NCBI GenBank assembly: GCA_902793245.1
Contig: CADBCX010000008.1
Span: forward strand, 155-64,154
Length of the DNA: 64,000 bases
From: an uncultured Eubacteriales bacterium
GTDB taxonomy: Bacteria > Bacillota > Clostridia > Christensenellales > Aristaeellaceae
Direction of reading: 5' to 3'
In this document: piece after piece, positions 36,218 through 46,013 of the stretch
Layout: every line of letters starts with the position of its first letter
Position numbering within the stretch: position 1 is the stretch's first letter
Notes under the pieces: generated by a model
Told to the model about the DNA's origin: nothing
Databases searched by the model: none
What the model saw: the letters and a program-made list of their open reading frames with translations, nothing else
Position numbers and translations under genes: made by a program

Positions 36218-36484
36218 CCTCTGCGCCACGGCATGAGATGGAGCAACGGAGATTCGGTAAGCGTATCCCGCCAGGGATTCGCGCGTTCTGCATAGGCAGC
36301 GGAAAAACAAAAAAAACGGACATATCTTTGCCGGAATGTAGCTTTTTGTGCCAATCCTGACATTTATGTTTTTTGTTTTTTCCGTTATAATAAACAGGGA
36401 TCTGGGTGAGAACCCGGCAGATGAAAAAACGCGGTTCAGCCGGATCCCATGCACACAGCAGAAAATATAAGGGAGGAATAAAAT

Positions 36485-36781
36485 ATGACCATCAACAAGC
36501 AACAGAATGGCGGGGTATTGACCCTTGCACTGGAAGGCCGCCTGGACACCGTTACCGCGCCGGAATTGGAAGCGGAACTGCAAAAATCAATGGAGGCCGC
36601 CGACAGCCTGGTGCTGGATTTCAGCAAGCTGGACTACATTTCTTCCGCCGGCCTGCGCGTGCTGCTGTCCGCCCATAAAGCAATGAGCGTCAAGGGCGGC
36701 ATGAAGGTGACGCATGTGAACGAGATCGTCGCGGAAGTGTTTGATGTGACCGGATTTGCGGATATTCTGACGATCGAATGA
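36485..36781 (+). CDS. STAS-domain anti-sigma-factor antagonist (SpoIIAA/RsbV-like)
   Basis: 98 aa. LALEGRLDTVTAPELE...LDFSKLDYISSAGLRVLL contains the conserved phosphorylatable Ser context (DYISSAGL). Confidence 0.85.
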   Translation: MTINKQQNGGVLTLALEGRLDTVTAPELEAELQKSMEAADSLVLDFSKLDYISSAGLRVLLSAHKAMSVKGGMKVTHVNEIVAEVFDVTGFADILTIE

Positions 36782-36790
36782 GGTGAGCGC

Positions 36791-37396
36791 ATGAAAACAG
36801 ATGTAATCGTCGTTTCCAGCAAAGGAAGCCGGATGGAAACAGCCTTGGCCCAGGTGGATAAGGTGGCGGCCTATAAAGGGCTGAAGGGCAAGAATGCTCT
36901 GCATCTGCGCCTGTTGACCGAGGAAATGATGGGCATGATGCGCTCGATCACCGGCGAAACGGATGGGAAATTCTGGATCGAAGATGCGGACGGCGTGTAT
37001 CAGCTGCATTTGCAGGTGGTCACCCGGATGGACAGCCAGAAGCGGAATCAGCTGCTTGCGGCGTCCAGCACGGGAAAGAATGATTCCGCAAAGGGCCTGA
37101 TGGGGCGGCTGCGGGATTTCTTTGACCGGGGGGCGGATGAGGACATCGCATCTTTCACAAGCCCTTTGCTCCTGCCCGGGATGTATGGCGAATCCTCCAC
37201 ACCGACGCTGGATTGGGAATGGTCGATGATGGAGTACGAGGATGCCCTGTCCTACCGGGTCAAGCAAAACGATTCCGCCGCCAAGGAAGCGTGGGATGAA
37301 CTGGAAAAATCCGTGGTTGCCAGGGTGGCCGACGACGTGAGAATCTCTATCAAGGGCCGGACCGTGGAAATGACGATCCTGAAAAAAATGGCGTAA
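36791..37396 (+). CDS. 201-aa hypothetical protein, possible degenerate GHKL/anti-sigma-like partner of the STAS protein
   Basis: Starts 10 nt after the STAS stop. Weak resemblance of LHLRLLTEEMMGMMRSI to the SpoIIAB N-box helix, but without the Asn/His and without G-boxes. Central acidic, disorder-like insert. Confidence 0.4.
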   Translation: MKTDVIVVSSKGSRMETALAQVDKVAAYKGLKGKNALHLRLLTEEMMGMMRSITGETDGKFWIEDADGVYQLHLQVVTRMDSQKRNQLLAASSTGKNDSAKGLMGRLRDFFDRGADEDIASFTSPLLLPGMYGESSTPTLDWEWSMMEYEDALSYRVKQNDSAAKEAWDELEKSVVARVADDVRISIKGRTVEMTILKKMA

Positions 37397-37430
37397 TGCA
37401 AAGGCGTTCGCCGCACAATTGATCATCCGG

Positions 37431-37463
37431 CTGCCAATTTCATGGGAAATTGGCAGTTTTTTT
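37431..37463 (+). terminator. intrinsic terminator of the STAS operon
   Basis: CTGCCAATTTC-ATGGG-GAAATTGGCAG followed by TTTTTTT. Confidence 0.8.
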
Positions 37464-37468
37464 GCAAA

Positions 37469-37497
37469 CAAAAAAAGACCGGCCCTGCCCGGCCGAT
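37469..37497 (-). terminator. intrinsic terminator of the dut-aph-deoD-DUF523 operon (minus strand)
   Basis: On the minus strand, CGGCC-GGGCAG-GGCCG followed by a T-run. Confidence 0.5.
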
Positions 37498-37575
37498 CCT
37501 CCCGCTGGTGCGGGTCTGGGGCGCATAGCCCCGGCATTCCTGTTTTTCACCTTTCATACCAAGGTGAGTGAGCTT

Positions 37576-38007
37576 TTAGAAGATAACAGAAGCGATGGAT
37601 TCTTCGGTTGCGACGGGAATGCTGAGCCGCTTGAGCGTCCGGGCGGCTGTTCCGTCGCCCGGGGTCAGCGTTCCGGAAAAAGAGCCGTCGTACACCTGCC
37701 CGCAGCCGCAGGAAGGGCTTCGGGCTTTGAGAATGGCGCAGTCACAGCGCAAAAGCTGATAGAGCCGCGCGGCTTCCTCCGCGCCTTTTTGGTATTCCTT
37801 GGTCACGTCCCGGCCGTCGCGGGTCACTACCCGTTCTCCCTGGATTTCGGCGGGCGTTCGCGGCGTGGGCAGGCCGCCCAGCTGTTCCGGGCAGACGGGA
37901 ATCAGCTCGTGTTCCTTCGCCAAATCCAGCACCGCCGGACACGCCTTGCTCTCCCCGTCGTACCGGCAGCAAACGCCCAGCAGGCAGGCGCTGACCAGAA
38001 TCCTCAC
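37576..38007 (-). CDS. DUF523 family protein (TudS-like Fe-S thio-nucleobase desulfidase family)
   Basis: VRILVSACLLGVCCRYDG...PVCPEQLGGLPTPR...SPSCG is the Cys pattern typical of DUF523. GTG start overlaps the deoD stop (GTGA). Confidence 0.75.
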   Translation of the reverse strand: MRILVSACLLGVCCRYDGESKACPAVLDLAKEHELIPVCPEQLGGLPTPRTPAEIQGERVVTRDGRDVTKEYQKGAEEAARLYQLLRCDCAILKARSPSCGCGQVYDGSFSGTLTPGDGTAARTLKRLSIPVATEESIASVIF

Positions 38008-38708
38008 GCGATTTCCAGCGCGATTTCCATCATCTGGGTGAAGGTTTCGCGCACCTCCTGGGGACTGAGGCTCTCGCCGGTGAACACGTTGTCGGAAATC
38101 GTCAGCAGGGACAGGGCGTTCTTTCCCGCCCTTGCGGCGTTCAGGTACAGGGCATAGGCTTCCATCTCGATGCACAGCACGCCCAGGTCTTTCAGCACGG
38201 TGGCGGGCTTGACCACGGAGGCGTCATAGAAGGTGTCGGTGGAGTAGACCGGGCCGACCACGATCTCATGGCCCATCTTCCGTCCTGCGGCCACGGCCTT
38301 TTCCAGCAGCTCATAGGAGCAGCAGGGGCCCAGGTTGCCGTTGAAGCCGAACTGCGCGCCGTAATTGGAATTGGTGTAGGCGCTCATGCCCGCCACGATG
38401 GAGCGGATTTTCAGCTTGGGGCTGATCATCCCGGCGGAGCCCACGCGGATGATGTTCTCCACGCCCAGGAAGTTGTACAGCTCATAGGAATAAATGCCGA
38501 TGGAGGGCATGCCCATGCCGGAGGCCATTACGGAGACGGGCTTGCCCTTATATTCGCCGGTGTAGCCCTGCACGCCGCGCACATTGTTGACCAGCCGGGC
38601 GTTTTCTAAGTACGTGTCGGCAATAAACTTGGAACGCAGCGGGTCGCCGGGCATGAGGACGGTGGGGGCAAAATCGCCGGGTTTCGCGCCATTATGCAGT
38701 GTAGACAT
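38004..38708 (-). CDS. deoD: purine nucleoside phosphorylase, DeoD type
   Basis: GDFAPTVLMPGDPLRSKFIADTYLENARLVNNVRG...VMASGMGMPS...IRVGSAG...EMEAYALY aligns closely with E. coli DeoD from memory. Confidence 0.9.
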   Translation of the reverse strand: MSTLHNGAKPGDFAPTVLMPGDPLRSKFIADTYLENARLVNNVRGVQGYTGEYKGKPVSVMASGMGMPSIGIYSYELYNFLGVENIIRVGSAGMISPKLKIRSIVAGMSAYTNSNYGAQFGFNGNLGPCCSYELLEKAVAAGRKMGHEIVVGPVYSTDTFYDASVVKPATVLKDLGVLCIEMEAYALYLNAARAGKNALSLLTISDNVFTGESLSPQEVRETFTQMMEIALEIA

Positions 38709-38761
38709 TTTCATTCCTCCTTTTGGCTGATTATATACCAAAATGAGCAAACGCGCAAGGA

Positions 38762-39553
38762 TTAAAAGAATTCATCCAATAAGATATAATAGCGCAGTTT
38801 TTCCCAGTCAGGGGCAATGCCGAGTTCATCGAACAGCTTTTCGGGCCGGAAACCGGGAACTGTATAGCCGTAGAAGCCGTCGGTGTTGTGTTTCAGGCTG
38901 CGGTAGCACAGGGCGAGGTCGCGCCATTTATCGGCGATGCCCGCGTCCCCCAGGTCGATGAAGCCGCTGACGCGGTTTCCTTCAAAGAAGATGTTGGGCA
39001 GGCAGCAGTCCCCGTGGGAGAAAGCGGGTTCCAGGGGCGGCCTGTTGTTTTCCAGCCAGCTTAGCAGCGCTTCCGGGCTTTCAAACCCGCCGGGGCCGAA
39101 GGTTTCCGGCTCGCAGCGGGAGAAATCCACCAGGCCGTGTTCCAGGCTGTAGCGGGCGTGGGCCAGCTCGTCATCCAGCGTTCGGCTCTGCGGGCAGCCG
39201 GTGATGTCCGTCCGCCAGAGCATGTGCAGCGCTTCCGCTAACAGTTTCAGCAGCAACTCCGGCTGGGTCAGGTAGGCTTTATCGCAGGCCATTTTGCCGG
39301 GGACGCGGGTCATGAGCAGGTATTCCCTCTCCTGATCCCGTTCAAAATCCAGGACGCGGGGCGCTGGCAGCCTGCCTTCCAGCCAGCGCATCACCCGCAC
39401 CATGCCGTCGGTCAGCACGCTGTGAGGCCCGATTTTCAGCACCCTGTCCGGGAACATCAGCACCGTGGAGCCCGACATGCCGGTTTCATTTATCTCATAG
39501 GGCAGGCCATCCATTTGTTTGCGGATGGAAGCGGGAATGCGTTCAAAATCCAT
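38762..39553 (-). CDS. aminoglycoside 3'-phosphotransferase family kinase, APH(3')-like
   Basis: HGDCCLPNIFF (catalytic loop), IDLGDAGIADKWRDLAL and the C-terminal YYILLDEFF are signature APH(3') motifs. Confidence 0.8.
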   Translation of the reverse strand: MDFERIPASIRKQMDGLPYEINETGMSGSTVLMFPDRVLKIGPHSVLTDGMVRVMRWLEGRLPAPRVLDFERDQEREYLLMTRVPGKMACDKAYLTQPELLLKLLAEALHMLWRTDITGCPQSRTLDDELAHARYSLEHGLVDFSRCEPETFGPGGFESPEALLSWLENNRPPLEPAFSHGDCCLPNIFFEGNRVSGFIDLGDAGIADKWRDLALCYRSLKHNTDGFYGYTVPGFRPEKLFDELGIAPDWEKLRYYILLDEFF

Positions 39554-39978
39554 TATTTTTCTCCTGTGGAGCCGATGCCGCCCCGGTCGGGCGCGGTGAG
39601 AAAATCCACCGTTTCCAGCGTTACGTCGGGCATTTTCTTCACGATGCGGAACTGGCAGATGCGGTCGTTCTTTTCGATGCGGGTGTCCCGCAGGGCCACG
39701 GCGGAAAAGTACCACAGGTCGTTGTCCCCGCAGTAGCTTTCGTCGATCACGCCCACGCTGTTGGTCATGAGGATGCCCCACTTTTTGAAGGTGGAGGAGC
39801 GCGGGGACACGTGGGCTTCGTATCCTTCCGGCAGCTTCATGCTCACGCCCAGGGGAATGAGCCGGTACTCCCCCGCCTTCATTTCCACCGTTTCCGCCGC
39901 CCGCAGGTCGATCCAGTCCCCCTGGGGCAGCTTTTCCAACGGGAGGATGTCGGCGTGATAGCGAATTTGGATGGTCAA
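39553..39978 (-). CDS. dut: dUTP diphosphatase
   Basis: 141 aa. [20 protein letters not shown] and DRGGIGSTG are dUTPase motifs. Stop overlaps the aph start (TAATG). Confidence 0.9.
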   Translation of the reverse strand: MTIQIRYHADILPLEKLPQGDWIDLRAAETVEMKAGEYRLIPLGVSMKLPEGYEAHVSPRSSTFKKWGILMTNSVGVIDESYCGDNDLWYFSAVALRDTRIEKNDRICQFRIVKKMPDVTLETVDFLTAPDRGGIGSTGEK

Positions 39979-40044
39979 GATATGACCTCCTTACATTTTT
40001 GATCGTTGGAATTCATCGAAGCGGTTATATGAATGAACCAACGC

Positions 40045-40092
40045 TGTCATCCTGAGCGCATCCGAACGCGTCCGGATACGCTCAGGATGACA
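40045..40092 (-). terminator. 14-bp stem hairpin downstream of GH10 (minus strand)
   Basis: TGTCATCCTGAGCG ... CGCTCAGGATGACA with a nested ATCCG/CGGAT hairpin. No clear T-run. Confidence 0.4.
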
Positions 40093-40140
40093 TACAAGGG
40101 GCTTTTATTTCCAATCCATTTCCTTGTCTAAAGTGGCTTT

Positions 40141-41340
40141 TTACTTTTTCAGAGCGTCGTACACTTTATAGAACGCATCCTTATAGTTCAGCTTCAAGTC
40201 CACCAGGCCGCCGTAGGGGCTGTTGAGGTTATAGACATAGTTACCCTTGGGCGCGTTGGTGTCGCCGAGGCCCCAGATGGACACGGCCTTGAGGGGATTG
40301 CCGTTCTCGCCGTTCAAAGCCATGAACACCTGGAACAGCTTGGCGTAATATTCCGCGTGCCTGTCCGCCTGGGTCAGGTCGAAATTGCGCACCGCCATTT
40401 CGGTGATCTGCACTTCGTAGCCCTCGGCGGCGTAGTTGAGAATCTCATCGCGAATCATATCCAGATGGCTGTCCACCAGGCAGCCTTCCTGCACGCCGTA
40501 GCCGCCGATATAGCCCTGCATGCCGATGCCGTCGCACAGCTTCCGGGGGTTGCCGTTTTCATCCAGAGCGGAGGAATTGACCTCTTTGATCAAGGTGCGG
40601 ATGGCCTGGGCCTTGTCGGCGAAGTAGGCGTTATAGTCGTTGTAATACAGCTTGATGTCCGCGCCCAGGGCTTCCACGGCGTTGCGGGCGTACAGGAAGG
40701 CCAGGGACACGTAATCGTCGCCCATATATTTGAGGAACAGGTTTTCCGCGCCGCCGCGCAGGGTGCGCAGGTGCCGGGGATCGCCTGCATTGTATTCGTT
40801 GGGGCCGTCGGCCACGGCTTCATTCACCACGTCCCAGCAGTACACCACGCCGGGGAACTTTTCTTCAAAGTGCTTCACCACTTCGTTGATGTAGTATTCC
40901 GTCCGGGCCTTGATGGTCTCCTGGTCTGCGTAGGGCTTTTTGCTGTCGAAATCCTCGTGGAAGTACCAGTCGGTCATGTAAGCGTCCCACACCAGCACGT
41001 GGCCGCGCACGCCGATGCCGTTTTCCTGGGCCCATTGCACCATCTTGTCAGCCATGGCGTAGTTCATGGCGGGCATGCCGTCCTCCCGCTTCTGGGAACC
41101 GCGCTGGTCCAGCAGGGTGTAGGCTTTCATTTCGTTGGTGGTGGTAATGGAGTTGAAGTGGGCCTTGACCAGTTTCAGGTATTTCTGGTTCCGCAGCTGG
41201 TCAAAGGACAGGGGCGCGCCCAGCTTGAAGCCGTATTGTTCCGTCAGGGTATACATGGGTGCCATTTCCTCCTCCGCAAACGCGGGCACACAGGCGCACA
41301 CCAGCGCCAGCATCAAAAGAACAGCGGTGAACCGTTTCAT
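40141..41340 (-). CDS. endo-1,4-beta-xylanase, glycoside hydrolase family 10, secreted
   Basis: Signal peptide LLMLALVCACVPAFA. GH10 acid/base WDVVNEA and nucleophile ITEMAV motifs. Confidence 0.9.
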   Translation of the reverse strand: MKRFTAVLLMLALVCACVPAFAEEEMAPMYTLTEQYGFKLGAPLSFDQLRNQKYLKLVKAHFNSITTTNEMKAYTLLDQRGSQKREDGMPAMNYAMADKMVQWAQENGIGVRGHVLVWDAYMTDWYFHEDFDSKKPYADQETIKARTEYYINEVVKHFEEKFPGVVYCWDVVNEAVADGPNEYNAGDPRHLRTLRGGAENLFLKYMGDDYVSLAFLYARNAVEALGADIKLYYNDYNAYFADKAQAIRTLIKEVNSSALDENGNPRKLCDGIGMQGYIGGYGVQEGCLVDSHLDMIRDEILNYAAEGYEVQITEMAVRNFDLTQADRHAEYYAKLFQVFMALNGENGNPLKAVSIWGLGDTNAPKGNYVYNLNSPYGGLVDLKLNYKDAFYKVYDALKK

Positions 41341-41526
41341 CCATCATTCCTCCTTGGTTTTATTCCGTATCATTATAACAGGTTTCTCCGCAAAAAGACA
41401 GGTCGGGAACGCCTGCTTTTTGCTTTTTTATGCGTCAGTTTTATCAAAAGCCCTTCTTTTTCATCGGAAAATATGGTATACTTTTCATGCCTGGCAGAAA
41501 GACCAACGAGAAAGGGAGAGAAAAAC

Positions 41527-42675
41527 ATGCGCATTTCTGATTCCATCGTATCCGTGGGCGTTTTCGACAAAGACCTGGATCTGTTTGAGGGCCAGTACGC
41601 CGTGCCCATGGGTGTATCCTATAACTCTTATGTGATTCTGGATGACAAAATCGCGGTGATGGATTCCGTGGACAGCCGCAAGACCAAAGAATGGCTGGCG
41701 AACGTGGAAGCGGCCCTGAACGGCAAGGCCCCGGATTACCTGGTGGTGCAGCACCTGGAGCCCGACCACAGCGGCAGCATTCAGGCGATTGCCGATAAGT
41801 ACCCGGACATGAAGCTGGTCATGACCGCCAAGGCGGCAACCATGCTGCCCCAGTTCGCGGACGCTTCCCTGGCGGGCCGCGCCCAGGGCGTGAAGGAAAA
41901 CGAAACGCTGAATCTGGGCAGCCATACCTTGAAATTCATCACCGCGCCCATGGTGCACTGGCCCGAAGTCATGCTCACCTATGAGGAAAGCGAAAAAGCG
42001 CTGTTCTCCGCCGATGCCTTCGGCACCTTCGGCGACCCGGAAAAGGACGATTGGCTCCCCGAAGCCCGGCGGTATTACTTCAACATCGTGGGTAAGTACG
42101 GCGGCCCTGTGACCACCCTGCTGAAAAAGGCCGCAGCTTTGGATATTCAGGCCATTCTGCCGCTGCACGGCCCCGCGCTGAAAGAAAACCTGGCCTTCTA
42201 TCTGGACAAGTATAAGGTGTGGAGCAGCTACGCGCCCGAGGAAAAGGGCACGCTGGTGGCCTTCGGCTCCCTCCACGGCAACACCGCCGGCGCGGCGAAG
42301 CTGCTGGCGGACGAGCTGAAAGCGCTGGGCGAAACCGTGTCCGTCATCGACCTGGCCCGGGACGACATGGCCCTGGCCGTGGCGGAAGCCTTCCGGTTCG
42401 ATAAAATCGTGCTGGCCTGCTCCACCTACGACGGCAATTTCTTCCCCAAGATGGAAGATTTCCTGCTGCACCTGAAAGCCAAAGCCTTCCAGAAGCGCAA
42501 GGCCGCCCTCATCGAAAACGGCTCCTGGGCGCCCATGGCCGCCAAGGGCATGAAGGCGTACCTGGAACAGATGAAGGACATTGCGGTGTGCGAGAACGTG
42601 GTCACCATCAAGTCCACCGTTTCCGAAGCCAATAAGGAACAATTGAAAGAATTGGCAAAGGAACTGCTGGCGTAA
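41527..42675 (+). CDS. fprA: FprA-family flavodiiron protein (metallo-beta-lactamase + flavodoxin domains)
   Basis: [26 protein letters not shown] (di-iron site) and a C-terminal flavodoxin-like domain. ATG at 41527 follows AAGGGAGAG. Confidence 0.85.
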   Translation: MRISDSIVSVGVFDKDLDLFEGQYAVPMGVSYNSYVILDDKIAVMDSVDSRKTKEWLANVEAALNGKAPDYLVVQHLEPDHSGSIQAIADKYPDMKLVMTAKAATMLPQFADASLAGRAQGVKENETLNLGSHTLKFITAPMVHWPEVMLTYEESEKALFSADAFGTFGDPEKDDWLPEARRYYFNIVGKYGGPVTTLLKKAAALDIQAILPLHGPALKENLAFYLDKYKVWSSYAPEEKGTLVAFGSLHGNTAGAAKLLADELKALGETVSVIDLARDDMALAVAEAFRFDKIVLACSTYDGNFFPKMEDFLLHLKAKAFQKRKAALIENGSWAPMAAKGMKAYLEQMKDIAVCENVVTIKSTVSEANKEQLKELAKELLA

Positions 42676-42687
42676 ATCAAGGCTCCC

Positions 42688-42722
42688 GAGGCGGCGCTTC
42701 ACGGCTCCGCCTCGTTTTTTTG
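42688..42722 (+). terminator. intrinsic terminator after fprA
   Basis: GAGGCGG-loop-CCGCCTC followed by an 8-nt T-run. Confidence 0.75.
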
Positions 42723-42751
42723 TTGCGTTTTACGGGGAAATCCGGTATAAT
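42723..42751 (+). promoter_or_regulatory. candidate lepA promoter
   Basis: TTGCGT, 17-nt spacer, TATAAT (42746-42751). Confidence 0.5.
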
Positions 42752-42756
42752 GAATC

Positions 42757-42899
42757 GGATGAGCGCACGGAAGGAGCCGTGGCGCGTCCCGCTGGTTCCC
42801 GAAGGGGTAAACAGCGGGCATCCTGGTGATAAGGATGAGCGCACGGGCGGAGCCGTGGCGCGTCCCGCTGGTTCCCGAAGGGGTAAACAGCGGGCATCC
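42757..42899 (+). repeat. tandem duplication of a 67-nt three-stem structured unit in the lepA 5' leader
   Basis: Units at 42757-42823 and 42833-42899 are identical at 65/67 positions. Each folds as GGATG/CATCC closing two hairpins (GCGCACGG/CCGTGGCGC and CCCGCTG/CAGCGGG). Confidence 0.85.
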
Positions 42900-42917
42900 C
42901 AAAAGGAGGAAACACCC

Positions 42918-44726
<1,809 letters not shown>

Positions 44727-44740
44727 CGGGAGGAACCGTT

Positions 44741-45202
44741 ATGATTGAAGAAATCAAAAATCCCGACGAAAAAGAAGCCATCGCGCGAAAAATCCTGACC
44801 GCGCTGCCGGAATGGTTTGAAAACCGGGAGGCGGTGGAAAAATACATCCGCGAGAGCAGGGATCTTCCTCTTTTAGCGGCAAAGGCGGAAGGAGAACCGG
44901 TCGGTTTCCTGTGCCTGTCGCAGACCGGAAAGGCCACCGTGGAACTCCACGTGATGGGCGTGCTGAAAACATGCCACCGGCAGGGCCTGGGCCGGGCGCT
45001 GGTGGAAAAGGCAAAGGAACTGGCGGCTGCGGCGGGGTATTCCTTCTTCCAGGTCAAGACCGTCCGGGCCGGGATGTATCCGGAATATGACCTGACCAAC
45101 AAGTTTTACCAGGCCTGCGGCTTCCAGGAATTCGAGGTCATCCCGGAAATATGGGGCAAGGAAAACCCCTGCCAGATTTATGTGATGGGGCTGCGGCATT
45201 GA
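44741..45202 (+). CDS. GNAT family N-acetyltransferase
   Basis: 153 aa. Acetyl-CoA motif HRQGLGRALVEKA. Confidence 0.75.
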   Translation: MIEEIKNPDEKEAIARKILTALPEWFENREAVEKYIRESRDLPLLAAKAEGEPVGFLCLSQTGKATVELHVMGVLKTCHRQGLGRALVEKAKELAAAAGYSFFQVKTVRAGMYPEYDLTNKFYQACGFQEFEVIPEIWGKENPCQIYVMGLRH

Positions 45203-45214
45203 AAGGAGCGTTTC

Positions 45215-45925
45215 ATGACCAACATCATCGACATTGCGATCATTGTGATTTTGGGGGCCAGCCTGGTCTATGGTTTGTACCGGGGCTTTGTGCACACGCT
45301 GCTCTCCGTGGCCTGCTGCCTGATTTCCGTGGTGCTGGCGTTTATGTTTGGGCCGAAGCTGGCCGCGCTGGTCAGCGGCAGCGAGGGCGTTTCCTCCACC
45401 CTGGCCACCTACACCGACGCCCTGGTTCGGGTGGGGGATTACAACCTGGCCACCCTGCCGGTGGATCAGCTGCCGTTGGACAGAATTGACCAGATTATCA
45501 GCAGCGTGTCCCTGCCGGAGCCCATTTCCAACATCCTGAGCAGCAATTTGAAGGGAAAGGTCTTTGCCAACTCCGGCGGATTGACCGTCAACGATTATGT
45601 GTCCAACACGGTCGTCGGGGTGGCGGTGAACATCCTGTGCTTTATCGCCGTGTACGCCGTGGCTTATATGGTGCTGTCGGTGCTCACGGGGCTGATCGAC
45701 GCGGTGTTCAAATTGCCCTTGCTTAAACATATGGACTGGCTGGCGGGCGGCGCCTTCGGCCTGCTGCGGGGCGGGCTGATCCTGTATGTGATCTTTCTCG
45801 TCATCCCCATCCTCAGCACCGTCATCCCGCTGGATGCGTTCAATGAGCTGATGTCCCAGAGCACCCTGGCCCCAGTTTTTCAAAGCAACGGGTTCTTCAT
45901 TCGGGTCATTTCAGGAAAACTATAA
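45215..45925 (+). CDS. cvpA: CvpA family membrane protein
   Basis: N-terminus MTNIIDIAIIVILGASLVYGLYRGF is typical of CvpA. Multi-TM. Confidence 0.75.
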   Translation: MTNIIDIAIIVILGASLVYGLYRGFVHTLLSVACCLISVVLAFMFGPKLAALVSGSEGVSSTLATYTDALVRVGDYNLATLPVDQLPLDRIDQIISSVSLPEPISNILSSNLKGKVFANSGGLTVNDYVSNTVVGVAVNILCFIAVYAVAYMVLSVLTGLIDAVFKLPLLKHMDWLAGGAFGLLRGGLILYVIFLVIPILSTVIPLDAFNELMSQSTLAPVFQSNGFFIRVISGKL

Positions 45926-45943
45926 GTCAAGTCGTAAAAATCA

Positions 45944-45974
45944 AAACCACCGGCACGCTTGCCGGTGGTTTTTC
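45944..45974. terminator. bidirectional intrinsic terminator between cvpA and the heparinase-like gene
   Basis: AAAACCACCGGC-ACGCTT-GCCGGTGGTTTTT. Confidence 0.8.
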
Positions 45975-46013
45975 TATGAATCAGGCTTTTTCGATGGTGA
46001 ATACCGCGCTGTG

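Noticed and set aside
38762-39553. aph(3') as part of an acquired resistance island
   Set aside because: No transposase, integrase, IS ends or obvious compositional break flank it. It is translationally coupled to dut, so it looks like a resident chromosomal gene. It is reported as a finding for its context instead.
40357-41526. N-terminal 390 codons of the 772-aa + strand ORF that contains fprA
   Set aside because: This part is antisense to the GH10 xylanase gene and has junk composition. The FprA homology begins at the ATG at 41527, which has its own RBS.
42720-42917. The 66-codon N-terminal extension of the lepA ORF, which would make the tandem repeat coding
   Set aside because: LepA homology ([16 protein letters not shown]) starts right after the GTG at 42918, which has a perfect AAGGAGG upstream. 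A promoter and the fprA terminator lie inside the supposed extension. Two units with a 9-nt linker also do not constitute a CRISPR array.
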